Shown here: piece after piece, positions 48,983 to 60,712 of the stretch
Layout of the letters: each line of letters starts with the position of its first letter
Numbering within the stretch: position 1 is the stretch's first letter
Source of the DNA: Lama glama
Taxonomy: Eukaryota
Assembly (NCBI GenBank): GCA_028534125.1
Contig: CM052818.1
Span: 62,001-126,000, forward strand
Reading direction: 5' to 3'
Length of the DNA stretch: 64,000 nt
The notes under the pieces: model-generated
The model's input: the letters and a program-made list of their open reading frames with translations, nothing else
What the model was told of the DNA's origin: nothing
Database searches by the model: none
Program-made: the position numbers and the translations under genes

Positions 48983-50331
48983 CTATGTCTCAATTTTATC
49001 CCCCAAACTCACCTAGAACTGTGTAAAACTCCGCTCAACACCAACAAGAGTCTATCAGCTCTTGGCTACATCCTTCCTTGCAGTCTCCTCTCCTCCTGCC
49101 TTGTGTTCTCACAGTTTGGTGTGTGTGTGTGGGCCCTTATTGAAAACTAGCCCTTTTTGTTGGATAAACCCTTTCTGTCAGTACCTCTTCTTAGACTGGT
49201 CAATTTCTCCCAATAGAAATGATTCCATTTTTTGTTTGTTTGTTTGTTTTAGGCATTTCTGATGATACTGGTCCGGGGTAAACTGCTAAGTCTGTGGACT
49301 CTCACCTAGCGCCACTCTTCTCAGTATAGCAATCTGCTCTGCCCTCTGCTGTACCTTGAGTTCCCAACTCCAGACCTTCTTCAGCTCAGTCTCTGCAGAG
49401 AACACATTTGCTCTAGCCCCTACCAGAGTCAATAATCCCCTGGCTGTGTGGAGTAGGGAAAAGGATACGAGGTCTAAGGGTTTTATTCAGTCCTCCTGTT
49501 TGGAGTCACACCCGGAACCATTTCCTGTGTCTACCTCTGTGTGTCCCTGAACATAGCATGTAGGGGCCTCTGTTTCTTCTTCTGAACGATGAGGACCTTT
49601 GATACACGTGTGGCTGAGGGCCCTCTCAGCCTTGGCCTTCTGTGATCTATGAACCTTCACACAGTAGAGCTCTCTGCCTAGTGAGTGACATGGACAAGGA
49701 GATACAGGAGGTCAGGAAAGGGGAGAGGACAGCAGCACAGAGGGGTAGGGAGATGTCAAAGGAAAGGTAGGACTTGAGAAGAACTAGAGCAGGTTGGAGA
49801 CGTGGTGAGGAGGGATAACCCCCTTAGGTGGTCCAACATGAAGCTACATTGGGGCAGGATTGTCACAGCACTTTTGGAGCCCAGGAAATAGACAGAGGGT
49901 TCTAGAGGATGGTGAAGCTGGAGAGGAAACTTGGGTCAGATTGTGAGGAATTTGAATCTCTTCTCTAAATCATTTTAAAAATACCAGACCTTATAAACCA
50001 GAATGTCAGAGAGTAAAACCCAAAAATCTGCATTTCTTTCAACTTGCCACATGACTCTGCCCAGCTGGAAGGTCTGGGAACCACTTCCTTAGGCAGTGGA
50101 CCATGGATGGTTTCTATTCAGGAATCATGATAAAACTGGGAATTTTAGAAAGATGAGTCTGACAACCATGCGCAAGGTGGACTGGAGGTTGAGGGACAGG
50201 AGACAAGGACCCATGGGAAACAATTCCACTACCCCAGGCAGAGGGTCATAAGGGTCTACAGGAGGGAAGCTGCTAAGGAGAGACAAAGAAATGGAGTGTA
50301 CCAACCCCATCTGTTATGGTTGGAGCTGTGC

Positions 50332-50742
50332 TACCCCCAAATCCATACGTCAATGTCCTAACCCCTGGTGCTTCAGAACGTGACCTGGTTTGGAAATAGG
50401 GTCATCGCTAATGTAATTAGTCAATTCAGGATGAGGTTATTAGGGTGGGTCCTAATCTAATAGGATTAGTGCCCTTGTAAAGTGGAAGATTTGGTCACTG
50501 GCACAGACACACATAGAGGGAAGACAGTGAAGAAAAGAAAGAGAAAGAGGGAGAAGATGGCCATCTACAGACCAAGGAGAGAGACCTAGAAGAGATTTTC
50601 CCCTCACAGCCCTCAGGAGGAACCACCCCTGCCAACACCTTGATCTTGGTCTTCCAGCTTCCAGAGCTGTGAGGCAATACATTTCTGTCTAAGCTGCTGG
50701 ACCTGTTGCGCCCAGTTATGGCAGCCCTAGCAGAGTAAAATA
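50332..50742 (+). mobile_element. MaLR LTR (MLT1-type)
   Basis: tgttatgg..tttggaaatagggtc..cttccagagctgtgag..gttatggcagccctagca. Confidence 0.85.
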
Positions 50743-52379
50743 CCCTGTCTTTTTGGAAACACATTCCTGAATTCAAGTTTCCTCTTCTTTGCTTTCTCAT
50801 GAGGAATGATTCCCCAAAGCCATCTCCTGAAAGGACTAGAAACTGGTAGGATTCTCTTCTACCTGAGCAGTGAGTGGAGGTGGCTTTTCTGGGTCATTGG
50901 ACACTTGTTCCAAGAACCCACCTGAAAAGTCAAAGAACCAGCTCTAGTGATTGGAGATTCCCATCCTCCCCACCTGAGGAAGTCATTGGTGCCAAGAATC
51001 TCAGACAGTCGGTAAAGAGGAGAAGGGAGTCTCATCTCTGTGGAGCCACTAACGTCCCACTGGTAACTCATCCAGAAAGAAAAAGGCCGTGAAGGTGAAC
51101 AATCCACGAAAAAGGCAAACCCTGGCTCTGTCATTTTATGACTTGGACTTTGCTGAAGTAAACATCCACCTTGGCCAGATGAAGAATTTCCAGGAACTCC
51201 ATATATCAAGGTCAATGGCATATGACTGTGATACCAGGGACAGGCATGTCCACCACAGAGCCCTTGGCCTCCAGCCATTCACTGCCGCCCTTGCTAACAT
51301 CCTTGGCCCCCTTGGCCCTTTTACCTGCCAATGCTCCCAACCCAACCCCCCCTCTAGGTCACCGGCCACCTGCTCGCTCCAGAGCTGCCAAGTCGGTCTG
51401 CAGAGAGCACCGCAGCTGCACCATGGGGACTGCTAAGTACTCCCCCTCCCCAAGCACGTCGGGGCCGTCCCTGCTTTCGCAGTTCTCCATCTGAAATTGG
51501 CTTCCTGCTTCTTCCCTCCCAAGTCCCAGCACAGAATTTTCTAGGCTCCACAAATCTCTAGTTTATCCCTGTGTTTCTCGCTTTCATCTGAGAATTTCAT
51601 TTTCCTGTGAAGTAAGAAGTCTCCACACATGTATCACCTCAACTCTGTTTCTCTCCTAGAATTTCTCTCTGTCCACGTCCATCTTTTCCTGGGTTCCTCT
51701 TATTTTAGAGAAAGACGTGGTGTTTTTATTCCCTTGCCCAGGCAAACCCTTCTCTACTCTATATTCTATCCTTCATTATAACATCAATTATTTTATTTAT
51801 TCTTTTTTAAAAACAAACTTTTATTACAGAAAATTTGAACACATACATATGATCTTATTTACCTTTTGTGTCTTCAAATTCTTCTGCCGTTCTTGTATGC
51901 AAGCTCAGGTCTCCTCTAGCCTTTAAAACAAAAATTTTTTAAACTGTCATCATCTTGCTATTCCCTTCAGCTACTTCTTAATTTCTTTACATTTTCTTAA
52001 ATGACCAGATGTGACCAATGAGCTCTTTCCTTTCTCCCCCTTATTTCTAGACTCCCTACAATCTCGCTTCAACCTCTATCATTCTACTGAAATGCCTCTT
52101 TTGATTTTTCACCTTTGTTATTTCAAAATAAATTCAGCCTTATGAAAAAGTTGCAAAAATTGTGAAAAGCATTTCCATATACCCTTCACCCATCTTCCCC
52201 AAATGTTAACATTTTATGTAAACACAGGACACTTATCAAAACCAAGAAATCAATGTTAGTATGATTAACAAACAACAGACTTTATTCACATTTCACCACT
52301 GTTTCACCCATGTCTAATTCCATCCTTTTGAGACAGTTCTTTGCTAAAGCCACCTTGAAGAACATTTTTATAAAATTAC

Positions 52380-52906
52380 TAATTTACAGAAATACAAGGA
52401 ACAGAAGGACAGTAAATGACACCACCATGGGAATACAATCAGCGAAATTCCCTACTGTGGATTTCTTCAGGAAAAAAAAAACTCAAGGAACAATAGAAGA
52501 GATGAAGGGGGAAACTTGTAGTTTAAAAAAGACTTATGAGCAAGAGTAATTAGTTGCGATGTGTGGACTATGGATTCCAATTTAAACTAAAAAAAATAAT
52601 TATAAGACAACTGAGAAACTGTGAACTCTGGATATTTGGTAATCTAAGGAATTATTGGTGGTTTCTAAGCGTGATCATGTTTATGTTTAAAGAACATTTA
52701 TTTTAGAGATACCTATTTATATTTATAGATGATAGGACTGCTCCAAAGTAATGGAGTGGGAAGAGTGTGGGGGGTGTAGGTGAAACAGATTGGCCGTGCA
52801 CTAAAAATTGTTGAAGCTGAGTGATGGATGAATCAGGTTCATTAAAGTGTTTTCTCTACTTTTGGGAATGTTTGGAAATTTTTCATCATTAAATGCTTTT
52901 TAAAAA
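52380..52906 (+). mobile_element. Ancient L1MC-type 3' fragment
   Basis: ..ttgttgaagctgagtgatgg..ttctctacttttg..tgtttggaaattttt end signature. Confidence 0.7.
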
Positions 52907-54731
52907 GAGGATTCATCTATACAACATCCCGAAAGTCATTAAAAATACATGTCAATTTTTGCTTCCTTTTTTCAAATAAACTGAATCACATTGTTTGAGA
53001 CATGGCAAACGTAAGCGAATCTGAAGATCTCTGTCTCCTCTGAGTCTCGTTGACTCAGGCCACGTCTCTCTGCTCTGACTCACTCTCAAGTGCTCTGCCC
53101 TGCCTGGGCTCTTCTGCCTGAAATTTACCACCTGTTCTTTCTTGCCTCCTCCTGCCCTCTTCCTGATCTCCCCTGATCCTTCATGCAAGTAGCTCCAAGT
53201 TCGTTCCAATATCAAGCAATCCTGCCTTTTGAACTCCTTCCAATTCTCAGCTCTGCCTATCACCCTGCTTAACTCAACAAGAGCAGAAGAGCCTGGCAGA
53301 TAACATAGGGGAACACCCCAGTGTCTGTTAATACTCTGTTCATGTTAAAAATGTAGACAGACTAAATAAATCTGGGATCACGTTATAGAAATACAATCTG
53401 CATCCTCTCTCTCGATCTTATTTGATTGATTGATTGATTGATTGCTTAACGTTATATTATAAGCACTTTGCCAAATCCTTAAATATTGTTAGAATTTTTT
53501 TCAGTTGTCTGAGTTTTTTCAAGTATGCAGAATACTCCACTATACACATGTGCCATAAGGTATTGACCTCATTCTCTAGGGTTAGATCCAGTGACCCCTT
53601 AGTTGGCAAAGCAGTTTAGTCCTTCTCCTTTTCAACTTTCTGAAGTTCATGATACTAGTGACCATCCTTCTGCCTTGAAAATTTCCTCCATTGGCTTCTG
53701 TAATGTCTCCTCGATCTCCCTTCGTGTTGACCAGCCCTACTTCTGTGACTTGTCTTCCTCCAGCTCCTCCCCAAGGTTCTATCTAGGTACCCTCTTGGCC
53801 CCCTCTTTTCCTCTCTTTCCTCTCTGTCCATGAGTGGGCTCTTTCTCGGCTTCACTGGGACGTATTCCCAAATCTGTACCCTCAGCCCTTTCCTGTGTTC
53901 CAGACGAGCATCTCCCCTGTCAGCTGTATGTGACCGCCAAAATATAGTCCAGTGTATTTCCACCAACTCTGCTGACCAACCAAAGGGAGCCTCCTTTAAC
54001 CAGGCCTGCTTGCCTCCTCTTTCTGCCCGCCCATGTTGTGGCTGTCTCCTTGGGGTTCAGCTTGATGCCTTGGAGTCACTGTCCACTCCTTCCTTCACCC
54101 TTCTCTACACCAAGTGACCAAGCCCCACAGAAATCTTCTGAAATGTCTCCCACAGCAATTTCTTACGTTCCATTCTCACTGCTCCGCTCAGACGTTGAAT
54201 TTTCACCCCTCCCCCAACTTGCGTTCACCTCCTACTTGGTCTTTCTTCCTCTGTGTTTGTTCTCGCCAATCCGTCTTACCTCCAACCACCATATTAATCT
54301 TCCTAAAGGAGGGTGGCTTTAATTGAGTGTCCTACCTGTTCAATCATCTTCATCAAGCTCCGCATGACTTACCAAATTGAGTTTTGACATTTAAGGTCCA
54401 GTTTAATATGACCTGTCTAACAACCTCCTCAGTCTTATTTCTCATTTCCTGCCACACACGTCCTGGAGGTGGAATAGTTTGGCTCCAGAGTCAGGTCCCA
54501 GCCTAGCAGTGCTTTGGCCTTGGATAAACCATCTGAACCTCTGCTTCCCCATCCACATAATGGGAGTATTAGCAACACCTCCCTCATGAGTTGTTGGGAG
54601 GATAGAATGAGATAAAGCACATAAAGAGTAATACCAGGCATACAGTAGGTTCTTAATAAATGTCAGCTGCTGTTACTGTCACAACATCAGTGCCATCTAA
54701 GTAAATCTCTTGGTTTCCCCATGCAAGTTTT

Positions 54732-54870
54732 TTTTTTAATTGTTTTCTTTATTTTGGGGAGAGGTAATTAAGTTTGCATATTTAGTTTTGGAGAGGGTAC
54801 TGGGAATTGAGCCCAGGACCTTGTGTATGCTAAGCATGCGCTCTGCCACTTGACCTACACCCTCCCCCTC
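54732..54870 (-). mobile_element. Vic-1-like SINE
   Basis: Antisense consensus; TSD CCCATGCAAGTTTT on both sides. Confidence 0.85.
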
Positions 54871-55243
54871 CCCATGCAAGTTTTAGAATTTATTTCCCAT
54901 CCCCCTACTTTTGCTATTACTATGTCTTCTGCCTACAGCTTTCCCCCCATGCCTTCTGAAATCCTGTTCTCCAAGGCCTGGCTCAGATGCTGTTTCTCTG
55001 AAATTTTCCTCAACCACCAGCCAAAGGAGCTCTCTCCTTGCCCCCCTCTATATTCGAGCTCTTTGCCTTCAACACTTCTAAGGCATTTACACTGCCTTCT
55101 GGTGAGCTGTGTGAATGCTTTATCTTCCTAGAAATTAAGGTGGGACTATGTCTTCTTCATATGTAATACCCTCTCCATAGCCCAGCACAGGGTCTGATAC
55201 AGAGCTGAAACTTAGGAAACTTTCATCAAAAGGTTAAACGGAA

Positions 55244-55416
55244 GGGGTAAGGGCATAGCTCAAGTGGTAGAGTGCACGCCTAGCATGCATGCGGTCCTGG
55301 GTTCAGTCCCCAGTACCTCCATCAAAAAAAATAAATAAATAGATAGATAAAACTAGTTACTCCCCCTCAAAAAAATTAGAAATTAAAAAAATTAAATTAA
55401 AAAAAGTTTAAAAAAA
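55244..55416 (+). mobile_element. Vic-1-like SINE
   Basis: gcatagctcaagtggtagag..gggttcagtcccc and an A-rich tail. Confidence 0.85.
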
Positions 55417-56509
55417 GATTAAATGGATGAAATTTCCTGTCTCAACAATAAAGTTGCATCTTGATACCTGTCTATGAAACAAATATTCATTAAGCATACT
55501 ATTAATCTTATTAATATATCTAATTAAGCCTGTTATTAATGACTACGGTTCTTGGCCTCTCAAGACTTACAGCCTAGTTCAGAAGATTATGCTTTCAGAA
55601 AACTGAGAACAAGTCGGGACAACATTTAACAATGTATTTAATCAACTATAATCAAATTTCATAATGTATAATCCACACAGACAGTTTCCTGGGTGGTCAA
55701 GTGAGGGAGAGGGTTGGGAGGAGTTAGAAGGTGAAGAGGGGAGAGGCAAAGGCAGAACTCTTCCCTTGAAGGGTGAGTGCACTGAAAGGCAGGCCATTAA
55801 GGTTGGGAGAGAAGAGGGGAATTATTATATCTGCTTTCATGGGGGATAAACTAATCCGAATGTGCTCCCTACTGAGTCTCTGCACTGGAGTATCAGTTGA
55901 TGGAAATGGATGCCAGCTACACAGTTCACGTACAGTAATTATCATCATTATGAACACCAGGGATTAACACTGACCTGTCAGAAGACCGTGTGAGTAATGG
56001 GCGTTTCCCAAACCTGAAGCAACTGCAATTCCTGGCGAATCAGCTTTGAGTTAAGAAGTTTCTGTTCTTTATGCTTTTTCTATTTTGAGCCTCTTAATTG
56101 CTATTCAGATTAATAAGGTCATGCATACTTCACCTAAGAGAAGAAGGTTTGCAGGGAGGTCAGCCTGCCCTTTCTGCCACATGTGCGCAGCCATGAGTGA
56201 GGCGCGAGCCAACTGTGAGTTAGGAGATTACGAAATTCTAGAAAGAAAACGACTGCCCCAAAAGATCGCCCCTAAAAAAGCCAGTTCACATGCCTGAAAT
56301 GGCACTATTACATAGTATGCAGTGGTACCCAGCTCTTTCCTTACAAATATAAGTATTCCTGAAGAAGGCTACACTGAGTCTCTCATCTTTTGGTTTGAAT
56401 GGGATTAGCAGTCACCTGAGGGGAGAGAAGGCATAGAAAGAGGAGGACAGGTCCCTGTCAGGAAAAGTAGGGGACAAAATAACTGGTCTTTTCTAAAGGG
56501 AAAAGCCTC

Positions 56510-57130
56510 CTGTCCCCGGACTGCAGCGCCAGGACCAGTTCCTCCGCTTCTGCGGGCACCTGTCGTGTGTGGGAAGTCAGCGCGGCGGAGCCCGCCGCAG
56601 CCCGGCCCTGAGACCTGCGGGGTGGCTCGCCGGTCCCCCGGAGGGAGGGCTCGTGCGAGGACCCCTGGCGGGGCGCGCATCCCCGGCGGCGGCGGGTGTA
56701 TTTATGTAAGGGCTTAAGGAATGCGGAGGGCCGGCCCTGGCGTGCAATTCGGCAGCGAAGGGACTGATAACCCCCCAGGATATTGTTCAGAGCCCTGTCC
56801 CTGCCCCTACCCGGCGGAGCTCGCCAAGGCCTCTGCGCAGGCGGGGCAAAGGATGCTGCGGGTCCGCCCCACTGCGGGTCTCCTCGGGCCACGAGGCCTG
56901 CTCATGGGGAATTCCAAGTTCAGCTAGACTGGAGGGGTTTAAATGAATGCCATGCTTTCTCCGAAGTCGGAGTTCGTGGGTCTTATTCCTGTGTCTAACC
57001 CCAGTTCTCATGTTCTGTTTCCAATCTGCAGCCACACGGACTCTCCAGCTGGCGATCGACACGCGTGCTGCCACCTCCAGGTGAAAAGGGGACACTGAGC
57101 GCACGGTAGCCGGACCGGCCGGTGACTGGA
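56510..57130. promoter_or_regulatory. CpG island / probable promoter
   Basis: The clearest extended GC- and CpG-rich stretch in the window outside the EIF4G1 retrocopy; contains a GC box (CCGCCCC, about 56864). Not a recognisable repeat. Confidence 0.75.
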
Positions 57131-57317
57131 AGGAGGGTTCCAGGACAGGCTGAAGTGTGTTCCAGATTACTGGAACTACTGGAATTACTGACGTTTAAAT
57201 GCATTAATTCCTAAGAGCACGACAATTGATGAAAGACTTGATCTAGGCTCCACACATCCTCTGGCGGTTTCCCTTTGGTTTGTTTCTGCATTTTGTGGAT
57301 TTGGAAGGGGATTGATG

Positions 57318-57450
57318 GGGGAGAATACAGCTCAAGTGGAAGAGCGCATGCTTACAACACACGAGGTCCTGGGTTCAATCCCCAGTACTTCGCCAATAAA
57401 CAAACAAACAAACAAACAAATGTAATTACCTCCCCTCAAAAAAAAAAAAA
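57318..57450 (+). mobile_element. Vic-1-like SINE
   Basis: A/B boxes; perfect 15-bp TSD GGAAGGGGATTGATG (57303-57317, 57451-57465). Confidence 0.9.
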
Positions 57451-60400
57451 GGAAGGGGATTGATGCTATATATTTGCACAGATGCAGTTCAGTGCTTTAA
57501 AACAGGCGTTCACCACCAGTGAGTGAAAGTGATCCTCTGTGACGTCACTGTGGTTTCCATCGCAGCCGACTCTCCCCCCGCCTATATTGCTGAGAGTGGC
57601 CCCCAGGACACACCAGTGGTCATCATCTGGGTCACTCACACAGGAGGGCACCTCTTTGCCCTGTATTCTTTCCCATGGCGACTCCTTCATCAGGCATTCC
57701 AATACCATAATTTAGAAAGTGAATGATTATTTTAAAAATAATTTTAGAACAGTTCCTAATATTAGAGTGATGGCTAAGGATACTGACTCTGAGGTCAGGC
57801 TGCTTAGTTTTAATCCTGACTCAAACTTTTTAACTTTGTGGCCTTGAGGTTACTTATTCTGTGCCTTACCATCCTTGCTGACTAAATGGAAATGATAATA
57901 CAGTCCTCATTGGATTGTAGTGCATTTTAAGTGAGATAACGCACGTGAGTGCATACAGTGTAGTCTACTAAGAAAGAGGATGTGATCTGAGCTTAAAGAA
58001 CCCGTATGCGTGTTCAGGCCTTGACACTTGCTAATTTGGGGGATATGGCATGAGTTATTTCACTTCTCTGTGCCTTGGGTTTATCGTCTATAAAACAGAG
58101 ATGATAAGAGCATCTATCTCACAGATTATTTATGAGAATTAAATGAAATATATCTACTAGGCTTAGATACAGTAAGTACTCAAATGATAGTCTTTTAAAC
58201 CTGAACTAGACTTTACTATATTCAGCATTCTGTTGTTTGGAAGATTCTGGTCTTTAAACTCCCGGGCAAACAATTTCTTCTGTTTGTTCATCATTTTACA
58301 GCTGTCTTGAGTACAACTGTATGTAATCCTTCCATTGCCTTGGGAGATAGATGTCCGTATTCCCATTTTACAGATGAATAAACTAAGGCTCGGAGCGGTT
58401 TAGTGATTTGCCTGATGTCATCCAGCAAGTGGACAAAAATGCATGCCCCCCCCCAAGAAAATGCACTCCCAGCCCTTCTCTCCCCAAGACAAGGGCTCTT
58501 TTTACTATATCAAGGCTGCCTTGTGGTTCTCTTAATTGTGACGAGTACACATTTTCTTTTACAACCCTTTGTCAGATTTCTATACCATGACTACAATTTT
58601 TTATGTTATATCAACTTCCTAAAACCAGCCTGCCAAATTTCAAGAAAACTGCACTTAGAGCCTTTTCTTCTTCATAACAAAACTTTTCTTCATGACTTAT
58701 TAATGGATTGGCCTATTCAGTGTTGCTCTGAGTGGAGGATGGAGAGAGACAGCAGATGGAGCCACTGGGGGTGGCGGCATCTCAAGAACCACCATTGTGT
58801 TAAGCCCGAGCCCCACACTCCCCCTTCTGAAATGCCCCCCCAACAGAGTTGAAATTACTTATTTCTTCCTCTTTCTTCCCTGACCGTGAGCTCTGTGAAG
58901 CTCAAGGCTGCATCTAACATGTCAGTTGTCTCAAAGTTCTTTCAATTTCCTTTCCATGGAAGAGAAAGTCATAGAAGAAAGACTTTTCACCGAAAGGAGT
59001 CAGGAAACAAGATGACATTTCTTTAGACCCTTGATAACAGGTCCATCCCAAACTATAGGGAAAGAAATTAAGGATAGATTCGATAATTTGGGGCTAAATA
59101 TCTCATTGAAGCACTCTCTTTCCTGATTAGTAATAATAACAACTATTGCTTATCAAATGACAACTATGAGGCAGGCACCAAACTCAGCGTGTTACACACA
59201 TGAGCTCCTTTTAAGTTCTGCAGTGACCCTAACATCCTATGCACTTTATTCATCCTCGACTTCCTGATAGAGAAGCAGGCTGAGAGACTAACGTAGAGCA
59301 GAGAGATGGGGTGAGTGTGTGCACACTTCCCAGCCCAACCATCTTGATTCTTTCTCTTTGATTTATTTTCCACCCCCCATCAGCCAGGGTTTATACCAGA
59401 GTCATCTTCTTTGGCTCCTTCCCTGACTGTGCCTGGCACTGCTGGCCCTGAGTTCCTGGCACCAGGGTGAGGGGGCCTATCCAGTGTCAGAGATCAGCAA
59501 AGCCCTTCAGGTGACAGACGGCCACTTGCCTTCCCAGTGAACTGCACCCCCACCTCCAGCGAGCGGCTTCAATGACATCTGGCAGCCAAGACCTTGTCTG
59601 TCCCGCAGCCAGTCCTCGCCCAGCTCACAGGAAGCAGCTGTCCCTTGAGTGCTCACCAAACATTTCTGTTTGGTTCATGGAGTCCTGAGCCTCCCTGTTC
59701 TGTTCCCTTGTCCTTATTTGTCCCCACCCATCAGAACCCCCCAGAGCCAGATCCTTTTTATGACTGATGGCACAGCCAGTTTGTGTCTGGGATCTGATTT
59801 CCAAATACTCAACAGTTCCAGTAATTTCAGCAGTAACTGCACAGGTGGCCCCAGACCATTCGTGGCTTCTGTTCCCAATATATTTTTTTTTTAACTTTTC
59901 AAAGGTTGTTTAGAATTCCAAGCTCATGGAAGACACGTAGGAAGCCAAACAGCTCTACAGCGATGTGGCACTTGAGGAGAAGCAACGACAACCAAAGAAG
60001 GAGGGAAAGTAGGTGGAGATTCTGAAAGGATGTTCTGAGCAACTTGAGAGGCCACAGAACAATAATTCCCAACTCCCAGCAGCAGAGGGACACTGCGAGA
60101 CCTTGTTAAAAGGCAAAGATGCTGATTTCTCAGGTCTGGTACACAGCCCAGAAGTTAGAGGCAACAGGAACACTTCCACTGCGGGAGGTCCACGGGTAAC
60201 ACTCAGAGACAGGCTGACTGGGGGACCAAGGACTTTTGAGAGAGGGAGCCTGCATCCCCAGGGAGGAGGCCTTGGAGCAAGGAGATGGAGAAGGGTTTCC
60301 TGAGGAAAGTATCCAGGAGGGAGGACAAGCAGGAAGGAGGAGACGGGGGATGTGCTATGGATGAGAAGGGGGTTCAGAGACCCCCCAGCAGCCACTTCCT

Positions 60401-60574
60401 GAAGGGACCTAAAAGTTAAATTCTGTATACAACTCATAAATCCTACCTCTCCAGCGACAGTTCGGCATCCTCTCTTAAACACATGCAGTGTGGGAAATGC
60501 AACAGTGGCTCCTCCCACTTTTAATCCTTCTTGGAATTATTTTTATTCTATTGAACCAAAATCTATCTATTTGA

Positions 60575-60712
60575 GGGGAGGGTATAGCTCAAGTGGTAGA
60601 GGACATGCTTAGCATGCACGAAGTCCTGGGTTCAATCCCCAGTACCTCCTCTTTATTTTTTTTAAATAAATAAACCTAATTATCTCCCCCTGCAAATAAA
60701 CAAACAAATAAA
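60575..60712 (+). mobile_element. Vic-1-like SINE
   Basis: ggggagggtatagctcaagtggtagag..gggttcaatccccagtacctcc. Confidence 0.9.

Noticed and set aside
56405..57104. ORFs within the CpG island
   Set aside because: GC-rich, stop-poor frames with no recognisable protein.
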